This document shows positions 9,438 to 20,074 of a stretch of 64,000 nucleotides of DNA, piece by piece. This DNA comes from Acidimicrobiaceae bacterium (GTDB lineage: Bacteria > Actinomycetota > Acidimicrobiia > Acidimicrobiales > Salinilacustritrichaceae): assembly GCA_036675575.1 (NCBI GenBank), contig JAKFET010000049.1:619-64618 (forward strand). The letters run 5' to 3'. The notes below the pieces were generated by a model, which made no database searches, had not been told where the DNA came from, and saw only the letters and a program-made list of their open reading frames with translations. Positions within the stretch are counted from its first letter, which is position 1, and each line of letters begins with the position of its first letter. Made by a program: the position numbers and the translations under genes.

Positions 9438-9970
9438 TCGGCCTGGTCCGCCGGCTTCTCGTCCTCGGCCTGCTTGATGGCCCAGGTGTAGGCGACCTGC
9501 AGGAAGTCGGCGGCGCCGACGATCGTGAGCACCGACATGACGGTGCGGGTCAGCTTGGGCGCCACCACGATCCCGGTGACCAGCGTCGTCGCCGTCCACT
9601 GGCTCAGGCAGAACGGGCAGGTCAGCAGCTCGCCGACGGCGTGGCGCCAGCCGTCCCGGCGCACGTCCTCGTGCAGCTCGGACGGCCCGGTGACGCCGGC
9701 GAACTTGGTGAAGGGCATCCGCAGCGGGCTGGCGATGGGGTGCTTGGTGACCGTGCGGGTGCCGATGAAGGTCGCCGCCGCGCCGAGGGCGAGGTCGGAC
9801 GGCGCCAGCGTCCCGGGCAGCTTGTCCCGGCCCTTGAAGGCGAGCGCGACGACCACGGCCAGGTACGTGGCCAGCAGGATGCTGTAGGCGCCGAGCGGGC
9901 GCTCGTCTTCGGCGTCCTCGCTGTACTCCTCGGCGTGCTGGCGGAACCGTTCACCCGGCGTCGTGGTCAT
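9428..9970 (-). CDS. DUF1360-like integral membrane protein
   Basis: 180-aa ORF with several hydrophobic helices and a CPFCLSQW motif typical of DUF1360. Confidence 0.7.
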   Translation of the reverse strand: MTTTPGERFRQHAEEYSEDAEDERPLGAYSILLATYLAVVVALAFKGRDKLPGTLAPSDLALGAAATFIGTRTVTKHPIASPLRMPFTKFAGVTGPSELHEDVRRDGWRHAVGELLTCPFCLSQWTATTLVTGIVVAPKLTRTVMSVLTIVGAADFLQVAYTWAIKQAEDEKPADQADQP

Positions 9971-9993
9971 CGCCGATCGGTACCCGATCGGCG
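9971..9993 (-). terminator. perfect 10-bp hairpin between the gdhA stop and the DUF1360 gene start
   Basis: CGCCGATCGG-tac-CCGATCGGCG directly abuts the ATG at 9970-9968. No U-tract. Confidence 0.35.
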
Positions 9994-10057
9994 ACGACCC
10001 GAACCCTGCGACGTTGCGAGGCCCAGCCCAGCAGCTCGTGGTCGCGGAAGGCGACAG

Positions 10058-11455
<1,398 letters not shown>

Positions 11456-11472
11456 TGAACCGAATCTGACGT

Positions 11473-12324
11473 TCAGGAGGAGAACGAGCAGGTGCCCTTG
11501 TCGAGGACGACCCGGCCGTCGCCGCCCTCGGTCTGGAAGACGGCCTCGCCGTCGCCGGTGCGCCAGACCTTCACGGTGAGCGACTCGCCCGGCAGGACCG
11601 GGGACGAGAAGCGGCCGTACATCGAGCGGAAGCGGGCCGAGTCGCCGTCGCAGAGCGCCTTGAGCAGGCCACGGCCGGTGAAGCCGTAGGTGCACAGACC
11701 GTGCAGGATGGGCGTGTCGAACCCGCCCATCGCCGCGAACTGCGGGTCGGCGTGGAGGGGGTTGCGGTCGCCGGAGAGCCGGTAGATCAGGGCCTGCTCG
11801 GGTCGGGTCGTGTAGGTGACCACGTCGTCGGGGTCGCCGTCGGGCCGCTCCCACACGAGGGACGGGCCGGAGTCGCCGCCCCAGCCACCCTCGCCGCGGA
11901 TGAAGGCCGACATGGTCTTGGAGAAGAGGGGCTGACCGTCGGACACGAGCGTCGACGTGGCCTTGCTCTCGACCACGGCGCCCTTGCCCTTGTCGTAGAT
12001 GCCGGTGATCTCGCTCACCGTCTCGATCTCGCCCTCGACCGGGATCTCCCGGTGCAGCTCGATCTGCTGCTCGCCGTGCACGAGCATCGCCGGGTTGAAG
12101 CTGCCGATCTGGCCGAACGCGCCACCGCCGCCGCCGAGGACCACCGCCATGGTCGGCAGCACCTTCTGGTCGACGCCCGTGGAGTTCTCGGTCGTGTACT
12201 GCAGCTCCTCGAGGGGCTCCTGCCCTGCGCCCACGCCCACGGCGTAGAGGAGGGCGTCCTTCGAGCTCCAGGACTGGCGGGTCGGCTCGCTCGTGGCGCC
12301 GACGGCATCGGGGTTGATGGGCAT
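11473..12324 (-). CDS. MaoC-family (R)-specific enoyl-CoA hydratase, double hot-dog
   Basis: ORF 11473-12888 trimmed to ATG 12324 (MPINPDAVG...). Has the hydratase-2 motif YRLSGDRNPLHADPQFA. The ATG lies 5 nt after the upstream SDR stop. Confidence 0.85.
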   Translation of the reverse strand: MPINPDAVGATSEPTRQSWSSKDALLYAVGVGAGQEPLEELQYTTENSTGVDQKVLPTMAVVLGGGGGAFGQIGSFNPAMLVHGEQQIELHREIPVEGEIETVSEITGIYDKGKGAVVESKATSTLVSDGQPLFSKTMSAFIRGEGGWGGDSGPSLVWERPDGDPDDVVTYTTRPEQALIYRLSGDRNPLHADPQFAAMGGFDTPILHGLCTYGFTGRGLLKALCDGDSARFRSMYGRFSSPVLPGESLTVKVWRTGDGEAVFQTEGGDGRVVLDKGTCSFSS

Positions 12325-12329
12325 GGTCC

Positions 12330-13235
12330 TCAGCTCTCGTCGTATCCGGCCATGTTGGCGTTGGGTCGGGCCTCGCCGACGATGCGCCGGACGTCCGCGC
12401 CGAGGGCGGCCGGGTCGTCGGTGGGCATCTCGATGGTGGGGCCGCGGTGCCAGCCCTCGGAGACGGAGAGCGCCCGACCGGAGACGTCGAAGACGCGACC
12501 GGTGACGTCCTTGGCCTCGGCGCTCGACAGCCACACGACGACCGGGGAGATGTAGTGGGGCGACATGCGCTCCTTCTGCTCCTCGGGCAGCTGGCCCATG
12601 CCGAGGTTCTCGGTCATGCGGGTGATGGCGGCCGGGGCGATCGCGTTGACGGTGACCCCGTAGCGGCCGAGCTCCTTGGCGGCGATGATCGTGAAGCTGG
12701 CGATGCCGGCCTTGGCCGCGCCGTAGTTGGTCTGGCCCACGTTGCCGTAGATGCCCGACGGCGACGACGTGTTGATGATGCGACCGTCGACCTCGTTGCC
12801 GGCCTTGGACTGCTCGCGCCAGTAGGCGGCGGCGTGGCGGCTCGGTGCGAAGGTGCCCTTGAGGTGCACCTGGATCACGGCGTCCCACTCGGCCTCGGAC
12901 ATGTTGGTCAGCATCCGGTCGCGCAGGATGCCGGCGTTGTTGATGAGCACGTCGAGGCGCCCGAAGTGCTCGACGGCCTGGCCGATCAGGCGCTCGGCGC
13001 CGTCCCAGCTGGAGATGTCGTCGGTGTTGGCGACGGCCTCGCCGCCCATGGCGGTGATCTCGTCGACCACCTGCTGCGCCGGGCCGGCGTCGGTCCCCGT
13101 GCCGTCCATGGAGCCGCCGAGGTCGTTGACGACGACCTTGGCCCCCTGCTGGGCGAGCATGAGGGAGTGCTCGCGGCCGATCCCCCGTCCGGCGCCGGTC
13201 ACGATCGCGACCCGTCCGTCACAGATGCCACTCAT
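12330..13235 (-). CDS. SDR-family oxidoreductase (Hsd4A / MFE-2 N-terminal-like 3-hydroxyacyl-CoA dehydrogenase)
   Basis: ORF trimmed to ATG 13235 (MSGICDGRVAIVTGAGRGIG...). Has TGxxxGIG, NNAG and YGAAK motifs. Operon partner of the MaoC hydratase. Confidence 0.85.
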   Translation of the reverse strand: MSGICDGRVAIVTGAGRGIGREHSLMLAQQGAKVVVNDLGGSMDGTGTDAGPAQQVVDEITAMGGEAVANTDDISSWDGAERLIGQAVEHFGRLDVLINNAGILRDRMLTNMSEAEWDAVIQVHLKGTFAPSRHAAAYWREQSKAGNEVDGRIINTSSPSGIYGNVGQTNYGAAKAGIASFTIIAAKELGRYGVTVNAIAPAAITRMTENLGMGQLPEEQKERMSPHYISPVVVWLSSAEAKDVTGRVFDVSGRALSVSEGWHRGPTIEMPTDDPAALGADVRRIVGEARPNANMAGYDES

Positions 13236-13389
13236 ACGTGTGTGCGTCCCTTCTCGTCTCCTCGCCGGTTCTCGGTCGAGGGCGCGGTGACCATAGGCAC
13301 CCGGCGCCCGTTCCGTCATCTGCGTCAAGGGATCGTCATCGGACCCGACTACGTCGACCCCCGGATCGCGTGCCAGGGTTGCCCGTCGT

Positions 13390-15048
13390 ATGGGTCGACG
13401 GCGACAGCTGATCTGGGCAGGCGCGATCGCCCCTGTCGCCGCCATCCTCCTGGTCGTCGCCGCCTGGGCGATCGACACCGGGATGTCCGCCGGCGAGGTC
13501 GTTCGCAACGTCCAGCTGGCCGGCATGGACGTGGGCGGCATGGACTCGAGCGACCTGCTGGAGCACGTGGAGTCCATGGACGACGCCATGCGGGCCAGGC
13601 CCGTCGAGATCGTCACCCCGGAGCGCACGTACGAGACGACCGCCGGCGAGATCGGGTTGTCCATCGATCCCCGGCGCACCGCCCAGGTCGTGCTCGACGC
13701 CGGCCGTGACGATCCCCTCCCCACCCGTCCGCTCACCTGGATCGGCAGCTTCGTCGGGCCCCGCGAGGTCGACGTCCGCTACGACGTCGACGCCGAGACC
13801 GCCCGCGCCACGATGCGGGCGCTGGAGGGCGACTTCATGGTCGCTCCCCGCGAGCCCACGATCGAGTCCTTCGAGGGCGAGCCCTACCGGGTCGTCCCGG
13901 GACAGCCCGGCATGGGCATCGACGCCGACACCCTCGTGGTCGCCCTCGGCGCCGCGGCCGGCGACAGCGCCGTGGACGAGGTGGTGACGGTCTCGATCCA
14001 GCCGTCCGAGCTGGCACCGACGCTGGACGACAGCGTCGCCGAGGCTGCTGCCGCCGCCGCCAACGACGCGACGGAGTCCACGATCTCGGTCACGGCGGGC
14101 AGCCGCACGATCGAGCTCGTGCCTCGCGAGCTGCGCACGCTGGCCCAGGTGGTGCAGGTGGAGGGCGACATCACCGTCGAGCTCTCGCCCGACACGGTGC
14201 TCCCGCTGCTCGAGGAGGGCTTCGGCGACCTGGCGGTCTCCCCCCGCAGCGCCTCGTTCTCCCTCGTCGGCGGCCAGGTGCGCCTGGAGCCGTCGGTGAC
14301 GGGCGTGTCGTGCTGCTCGATGGAGTCGGCCGAGGCGGTGGCCCAGGCGTTCGACACGGGGGACACCGACGTGGAGATCGAGCTGGACGAGGCCGTCCCC
14401 GAGCTCACCACCGAGGAGGCCCAGGCCTACGGGATCGTCGAGGAGGTCGGGAGCCCCACGGCGTTCGGTCCGACCACGCGCCACCCGTGCTGCCAGAACC
14501 GGGTCACGAACATCCACCGCATCGCCGACATCGTCCGTGGCGCGGTGATCCCTCCCGGGACGACCTTCTCCGTCAACGAGTTCGTGGGGCGGCGCACCAT
14601 CGAGAAGGGCTTCGCCACCGACGGCGTCATCTACGACGGCGTGCTCACCCAGGACGTCGGCGGCGGCGTGAGCCAGTTCGCCACCACGCTGTTCAACGCC
14701 GCGCTCTACGCCGGCCTGGACTTCGGCGAGTACCAGAGCCACAGCCTCTACATCTCCCGCTACCCGCGCGGCCACGAGGCCACGATCTCGTTCCCCAACC
14801 CGGACCTGCAGATCGAGAACGACACCCCGTACGGGGTGATGATCTGGCCGGAGTACACCGACACGTCCATCACGGTCCGCCTGTTCAGCACCCGCCACGC
14901 GCAGGTCTCGGTCGGCGAGGCCACGCCGAGCCCCCAGGGGAACTGCACCCGCTGGACCACGCCGCGCACCCGCACGTACCCCGACGGCACCACCGACACC
15001 GACAGCGTGTACGCGACCTACCGCCCCGAGGAGGGCGTCCGCTGCTAG
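13390..15048 (+). CDS. VanW-family protein with N-terminal membrane anchor
   Basis: 552-aa ORF. N-terminal TM helix (IAPVAAILLVVAAWAI). C-terminal VanW pattern IPPGTTFSVNEFVG...GGGVSQFATTLFNAALYAGL. Confidence 0.8.
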   Translation: MGRRRQLIWAGAIAPVAAILLVVAAWAIDTGMSAGEVVRNVQLAGMDVGGMDSSDLLEHVESMDDAMRARPVEIVTPERTYETTAGEIGLSIDPRRTAQVVLDAGRDDPLPTRPLTWIGSFVGPREVDVRYDVDAETARATMRALEGDFMVAPREPTIESFEGEPYRVVPGQPGMGIDADTLVVALGAAAGDSAVDEVVTVSIQPSELAPTLDDSVAEAAAAAANDATESTISVTAGSRTIELVPRELRTLAQVVQVEGDITVELSPDTVLPLLEEGFGDLAVSPRSASFSLVGGQVRLEPSVTGVSCCSMESAEAVAQAFDTGDTDVEIELDEAVPELTTEEAQAYGIVEEVGSPTAFGPTTRHPCCQNRVTNIHRIADIVRGAVIPPGTTFSVNEFVGRRTIEKGFATDGVIYDGVLTQDVGGGVSQFATTLFNAALYAGLDFGEYQSHSLYISRYPRGHEATISFPNPDLQIENDTPYGVMIWPEYTDTSITVRLFSTRHAQVSVGEATPSPQGNCTRWTTPRTRTYPDGTTDTDSVYATYRPEEGVRC

Positions 15049-15125
15049 GCCTGGGGCCAGGCAGGGACAGCTGACCCTGGCGGCGAACGCTGCGTACGGA
15101 GCACCCTCGGACCCCGGGAGCGGAC

Positions 15126-16514
15126 ATGCAGTACGAGACGCGGATGAGCGACGCCGATGCGCTCATGTGGAACATCGAGAAGGACCCGATCCTGCGGTCG
15201 ACCATCACGGCGGTCGCGGTCCTCGACCGGTGCCCCGACCGCGAGGCGCTGCTCTACCGGCTCGAGCGAGGCACCCGCCTGATCCCCCGGATGCGCCAGC
15301 GGGTGGTGGGCAACCCGTACTCGATCGCCCCGCCCCGCTGGGAGGTCGACCCGCACTTCGACCTGCGCTACCACGTGCGCTTCGTCCACGCCGGCGGCGA
15401 CGGCACCCTGCGCGACGTCCTCGACATCGCCGAGCCCATCGGCATGCAGGGCTTCGACCGGGCCCGTCCCCTGTGGGAGTTCGTGGTGGTCGAGGGCCTC
15501 GAGGACGGGCGCTCCGCCATCATCCAGAAGGTGCACCACGCCATCACCGACGGGGTCGGCGGCATGCAGATGGTGATGACCATGATCGACCTCGAGCGCG
15601 AGCCCGCCGCCACCGAGGAGGAGCTGCCACCGGCGCCGGAGCCCGAGGTCATGGGCCCGGCCCGGCGCACCGCCGACGCCCTCGGCCACGTGCGGCGCCG
15701 CAACATGGGCATCGCCCGCCGTGCCGGGGGGAACCTGGTCGCCGCCGCCACGACCGCCCTGTCGGACCCCGGCGCGGTCGTCAGCGGCCTCGGCGCCACC
15801 GTCGGCTCGATCGGTCGGCTGCTCGCCCCCACGCCCACGCCGCTGAGCCCGATCATGGCCAAGCGGTCCCTGTCGTTCCGGTTCCAGGCGCTCACGTTCC
15901 CGCTCCCGGAGCTGAAGGCGGCGGCCAAGGCCGCCGGCGGGACGCTCAACGACGCCTTCGTCGCCGCCGTCGCCGGGGGCCTGCACCGCTACCACGTCCG
16001 CCACGGCGTGGAGGTCGAGTCGCTGCGCATGACCATGCCGATCAACGTGCGCACGGAAGGCACCGCCGACCTGGCGGGCAACCAGTTCGTCCCGGCCCGC
16101 TTCACCGTCCCCGTGGCCATCGACGACCCGGCCGAGCACATGCAGGCCATCCACGCCCTGGTGGAGCAGCAGCGCCACGAGCCCGCCAACGCCCTGGTGG
16201 AGCCGTTGGCGATCGTGCTCAACCGCCTGCCCACCACGGCCGTCACCGCCTTGTTCGGCTCCATGATCAAGGGCTCCGACTTCACGACCTCGAACGTCCC
16301 GGGCGCCCCGATCCCCATCTACATCGCCGGCGCCCAGGTGGAGTCCATGATCCCGTTCGGGCCGCTCGCCGGCGTCGCCCTCAACGTGACCCTGCTGTCG
16401 AACCTCGACGAGGTCCACATCGGCATCAACTCCGACATGGCCGCCGTGCCCGACCCCGACGTGCTGCTCGAGTGCATGCAGGAGTCCTTCGAGGCGGTCC
16501 TGAAGCAGCCCTGA
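15126..16514 (+). CDS. wax ester synthase/diacylglycerol acyltransferase (WS/DGAT)
   Basis: 462-aa ORF with the active-site motif HHAITDGVGG (HHxxxDG). Confidence 0.9.
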   Translation: MQYETRMSDADALMWNIEKDPILRSTITAVAVLDRCPDREALLYRLERGTRLIPRMRQRVVGNPYSIAPPRWEVDPHFDLRYHVRFVHAGGDGTLRDVLDIAEPIGMQGFDRARPLWEFVVVEGLEDGRSAIIQKVHHAITDGVGGMQMVMTMIDLEREPAATEEELPPAPEPEVMGPARRTADALGHVRRRNMGIARRAGGNLVAAATTALSDPGAVVSGLGATVGSIGRLLAPTPTPLSPIMAKRSLSFRFQALTFPLPELKAAAKAAGGTLNDAFVAAVAGGLHRYHVRHGVEVESLRMTMPINVRTEGTADLAGNQFVPARFTVPVAIDDPAEHMQAIHALVEQQRHEPANALVEPLAIVLNRLPTTAVTALFGSMIKGSDFTTSNVPGAPIPIYIAGAQVESMIPFGPLAGVALNVTLLSNLDEVHIGINSDMAAVPDPDVLLECMQESFEAVLKQP

Positions 16515-16540
16515 GGGTGCTGGCTGCCTAGCGTGGTGCC

Positions 16541-17761
16541 GTGCTGACCTGTGACGTCGTCGTCGTCGGCGCCGGCCCGGCCGGGGCCAGCGCGGCCACG
16601 AGCCTCGCCCGCGCCGGTCGGGAGGTCCTGCTCGTCGACAAGGCCACCTTCCCGCGGGACAAGTGCTGCGGCGACGGCCTGACCGCCCTGGCGCTGCGGC
16701 TCCTCGAGCGGCTCGACCTCGACCCGACCACGCTGCCGTCCTGGACCACGGTCGGCAGCGCCGTCGTCTCCGGCCCGTCCGGCCACGCCGTCCGCTTCCC
16801 CCTCCCCGACGGCCCCGGGACGCACGCCGCCGTGGTCCGACGCAGCGAGCTCGACGCCGCGCTGGTCGACCTCGCCCGGCGCGCCGGCGCGAAGGTGCTC
16901 GACGGTCACGCCATGGTCGGGATCGCCGAGCACGACGACCGCGTCGTCCTCGACGTCGCCGGCGTCGGGGAGGTCCAGGCGCGCTACGCCGTGGCCGCCG
17001 ACGGGATGTGGTCGCCCACCCGCCGGGCGCTCGGCCTCAGCGTCCCCGGCTACCGGGGCGACTGGCACGCCTTCCGCGCCTACTTCCGCGACGTCTCCGA
17101 GACCGCCCTGCGCGACCTCTGCGTGTGGTTCGAGGCCGACCTCCTCCCCGGCTACGCCTGGTCGTTCCCGGTCGGCGACGGCACGGCCAACTTCGGCTTC
17201 GGCATCCAGCGCGGCGGCAAGGTCGCAGTGGGCGACATGAAGCAGGTCTGGGACGACCTGCTGACCCGGCCGGCGATCCGCGAGGTGCTGGGCCCGGACG
17301 CCACCCCGGAGGCCCGGTTCACGGCGTGGCCCATCCCCGCCCGCGTCCACGACATGTCCCGCACCGCCCGCCGGACCTTCTTCGTCGGCGACGCCCTGGC
17401 CGCCACCGACGTCATGACCGGCGAGGGCATCGGGCAGGCGATCCTCACCGGCATGCTGGCCGCCGAGGCCATCGAGGAGACGGGTCCGCACGGCGCACGG
17501 GTGGCGACCGAGCGCTACGCCGCCGCCGTCGACCACCACCTGGTCGCCGACCACCACGTCAGCGCCCTGCTCGTGCGCGCCATCCGCCACCGCAAGGGGG
17601 CACGGGCCGCCATCCGGGTCGCCGGGCTCACGCCCTGGACGAGGCGGAACTTCGCCCGCTGGCTCTTCGAGGACTACCCCCGAGCCGTCGTGGGCACCCC
17701 CAGCCGCTGGCACCGCGGGGTCCTGTCCGGTCCGGGCGCCTACGCCGACCGGGTGCCCTGA
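16541..17761 (+). CDS. geranylgeranyl reductase-family FAD-dependent oxidoreductase
   Basis: 406-aa ORF with N-terminal dinucleotide fold DVVVVGAGPAGASAA, followed by FPRDKCCGDGL, typical of this family. Confidence 0.8.
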   Translation: MLTCDVVVVGAGPAGASAATSLARAGREVLLVDKATFPRDKCCGDGLTALALRLLERLDLDPTTLPSWTTVGSAVVSGPSGHAVRFPLPDGPGTHAAVVRRSELDAALVDLARRAGAKVLDGHAMVGIAEHDDRVVLDVAGVGEVQARYAVAADGMWSPTRRALGLSVPGYRGDWHAFRAYFRDVSETALRDLCVWFEADLLPGYAWSFPVGDGTANFGFGIQRGGKVAVGDMKQVWDDLLTRPAIREVLGPDATPEARFTAWPIPARVHDMSRTARRTFFVGDALAATDVMTGEGIGQAILTGMLAAEAIEETGPHGARVATERYAAAVDHHLVADHHVSALLVRAIRHRKGARAAIRVAGLTPWTRRNFARWLFEDYPRAVVGTPSRWHRGVLSGPGAYADRVP

Positions 17762-17766
17762 CCCGT

Positions 17767-17784
17767 CTTGACCGTCGGGTCAAG
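17767..17784. promoter_or_regulatory. 18-bp perfect palindrome CTTGACC-GTCG-GGTCAAG (putative repressor operator), copy 1
   Basis: Lies 21 nt upstream of the nitronate monooxygenase ATG. The same arms recur at 47425-47442. Confidence 0.5.
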
Positions 17785-17804
17785 GAGCGTGCCACCATGC
17801 GGAC

Positions 17805-18773
17805 ATGCGCACGCGACTGACCGACATCCTCGAGATCGAGCACCCGGTGATGCTCGCCGGCATGGGCGGGGTCTCCTACGCCGACCTGGTGGTCGCGGTG
17901 TCCGAGGCGGGCGGCTTCGGCTGCCTCGGGGCATCGACCATGTCCGACGACGAGCTCGACGCCGAGATGGCCGACGTTCGCTCCCGCACGACCAAGCCCT
18001 ACGGCGTCGACCTGCTCACCGCCGCCGGCGACCAGACGGAGAAGGTCGAGCGCATCATCGCCGCCGGCGCCACCGTGTACGTGGCCGGCCTCGGGGTGCC
18101 CCGCGAGGTCATCGACCTCTGCCACGCCAAGGGCGTGCTCGTCATGAACATGTGCGGCAAGGTCCGCCACGCCGTCGACGCCGTCGAGGCCGGCTGCGAC
18201 ATCGTCGTCGCCCAGGGCACGGAGGCTGGCGGCCACACCGGCCGGATCGCCACCAACACGCTGGTGCCCCTCATCGTCGACGCGGTCGGTGACCGTGTCC
18301 CGGTCGTCGCCGCCGGCGGGATCTTCGACGGACGTGGGCTGGCGTCGGCCCTGACGCTCGGCGCCGACGGCATCTGGGTCGGCACCCGCTTCATCGCCAC
18401 CCCCGAGGCCCACACCGTCGAGGGCTACAAGGAGCGCCTCGTCGCCATGGCCGAGGACGACACGGTCGTGTCCAAGGCGTACACGGGCAAGACGTGCCGC
18501 GTCGTGCGCAACAGCTACACGGATGCGTTCGAGGCCGCGGGCGGCCAGGCCGAGCCGTTCCCCATGCAGTACATCAAGTCGGTGCGCGACGGCGCGAACC
18601 ACCTGGGTGCCGAGGGCCGGCCCGAGGGCTTCGACCCCGACAAGGAGTTCTGGCCCGCCGGCCAGGGCGCCGGCGGCATCCAGGACCTGGTCCCGGCCGC
18701 CGAGCTGGTCGAGCGCTTCGTGGCCGAGGCCGAGGCCGCCCTGGCCCGGGCGTCGGGCGCGAGCACGGCCTGA
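17805..18773 (+). CDS. nitronate monooxygenase (NMO / 2-nitropropane dioxygenase-like, FMN)
   Basis: 322-aa ORF with PVMLAGMGGVS and AQGTEAGGHTG motifs. Confidence 0.85.
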   Translation: MRTRLTDILEIEHPVMLAGMGGVSYADLVVAVSEAGGFGCLGASTMSDDELDAEMADVRSRTTKPYGVDLLTAAGDQTEKVERIIAAGATVYVAGLGVPREVIDLCHAKGVLVMNMCGKVRHAVDAVEAGCDIVVAQGTEAGGHTGRIATNTLVPLIVDAVGDRVPVVAAGGIFDGRGLASALTLGADGIWVGTRFIATPEAHTVEGYKERLVAMAEDDTVVSKAYTGKTCRVVRNSYTDAFEAAGGQAEPFPMQYIKSVRDGANHLGAEGRPEGFDPDKEFWPAGQGAGGIQDLVPAAELVERFVAEAEAALARASGASTA

Positions 18774-18804
18774 GCCCGTCACGGGCCCCCGGTACGGGGG
18801 ACAC

Positions 18805-20073
18805 GTGCCTCCGTTGGTCCTGACGACCCTGCTGGACCGTCGAGATCCGGTCAGCGGCGACTGGGTCGTGGTCCGTGCCGACCAGCACCGCGTCGAGATC
18901 GGGTCCGGCGGCACGGGCAACCGGTTGGATCCGACCCGGCGGGTCCGGCGCAGCGCATGGGAGATCCGGCGCATCCACGGCGACCTCGAGCTGCGCGCCA
19001 CCTGGCCCGTGCCCGAGCTCGTCACGCACCGAATCGGCGAGCACGTCGACCAGCTCCGCGACGACCTGGCCCGGGCCGGCGGCGACCCCGACGTGGACCT
19101 GGCCACCGTCGCGGCAGCCCTGCCCGCAGCGCTCGTCACGGAGGTCGAACCGCGCCTCGCGCTCGACGCCGTCCTGTGGCGGGCGGCCCACCCGCTCCTG
19201 CGCAGGCCGATCGAGCGGGGCGCACGACCCGACCACGTCCCGGTCGCCCTCGACGCGATCCTGCGGGCACCGGACGCGCGCCAGGCCGCACGACGGGCGT
19301 TCGGCCGGGTGACCCGCCCCCTCGTTCGGGCGCTCGCGGCCAGCCTGCTGCCGGACGCCGACGGTCGCATCCCCTTCGAACCCGCCGTGCTGGCGCTGAT
19401 GGCGGGTCCGTGGTGTGGCCCGGAGGCCCTGACGCAGATCCTGCTGACGCCACCGCACCGGGCCGGGGCGGTGGCCTTCGACATCGCGGACGTGGACCGG
19501 GCGCGGGCGATGTTCCACGGCGAGGCGCCGCGTCGCATCGCCACACAGCTGGTGGCCGCGCTCGCCGAGCCCGACGGGCTCGGCGGGCTCGCTCGGGACC
19601 TGGCCGGGTGGGTACCGCCCGCGCCCGAGCCCCGACCTGCCATCCTGCCACCACGTCCACCTGCACCGGCATCTGCGCCGGTCCCTGCGCCGCAGCCCGC
19701 CCGCACGGACGTGGCCCTCGTCCACCCCGCCCGGCTGCGCGCCGTCGAGGGTCGGGAGGTCGGGCCGCACCGCATCGTCCTGCCCCGCACCGGCGACGAG
19801 CTCCTCGAGTGGGGCATGGTCCTCGGCAACTGCCTGGGCGGGTTCCGCCACGCGGTCGCCGCCGGGCGCACCCACCTCCTCGGCCTCACCAGCGGCGGCG
19901 CGCTGCACTACGCCGTCGAGGTCACCCGCTCGGGCGTCGTGCGCCAGTTCGAGGGGTCGGGCAACCAGCAGGCCCCGACCTCGGTGACCGTGCCCGTCCT
20001 CGCCGCCCTGCGGGAGTGGGGCGTCGTGTCCGCCGACGGGAGACGGGGGCGCTCGCTGCTCGCCCCGGCGTGA
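18805..20073 (+). CDS. hypothetical protein with C-terminal PcfJ-like domain
   Basis: ORF 18523-20073 trimmed to GTG 18805. The C-terminus LLEWGMVLGNCLGGFRHAVAAGRTHLLGL...HYAVEV...VRQFEGSGNQ resembles the PcfJ pattern (EG..M.HCV..Y......G.....Q.rG..N). A Pro-rich linker precedes it. Confidence 0.5.
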   Translation: MPPLVLTTLLDRRDPVSGDWVVVRADQHRVEIGSGGTGNRLDPTRRVRRSAWEIRRIHGDLELRATWPVPELVTHRIGEHVDQLRDDLARAGGDPDVDLATVAAALPAALVTEVEPRLALDAVLWRAAHPLLRRPIERGARPDHVPVALDAILRAPDARQAARRAFGRVTRPLVRALAASLLPDADGRIPFEPAVLALMAGPWCGPEALTQILLTPPHRAGAVAFDIADVDRARAMFHGEAPRRIATQLVAALAEPDGLGGLARDLAGWVPPAPEPRPAILPPRPPAPASAPVPAPQPARTDVALVHPARLRAVEGREVGPHRIVLPRTGDELLEWGMVLGNCLGGFRHAVAAGRTHLLGLTSGGALHYAVEVTRSGVVRQFEGSGNQQAPTSVTVPVLAALREWGVVSADGRRGRSLLAPA

Positions 20074-20074
20074 C

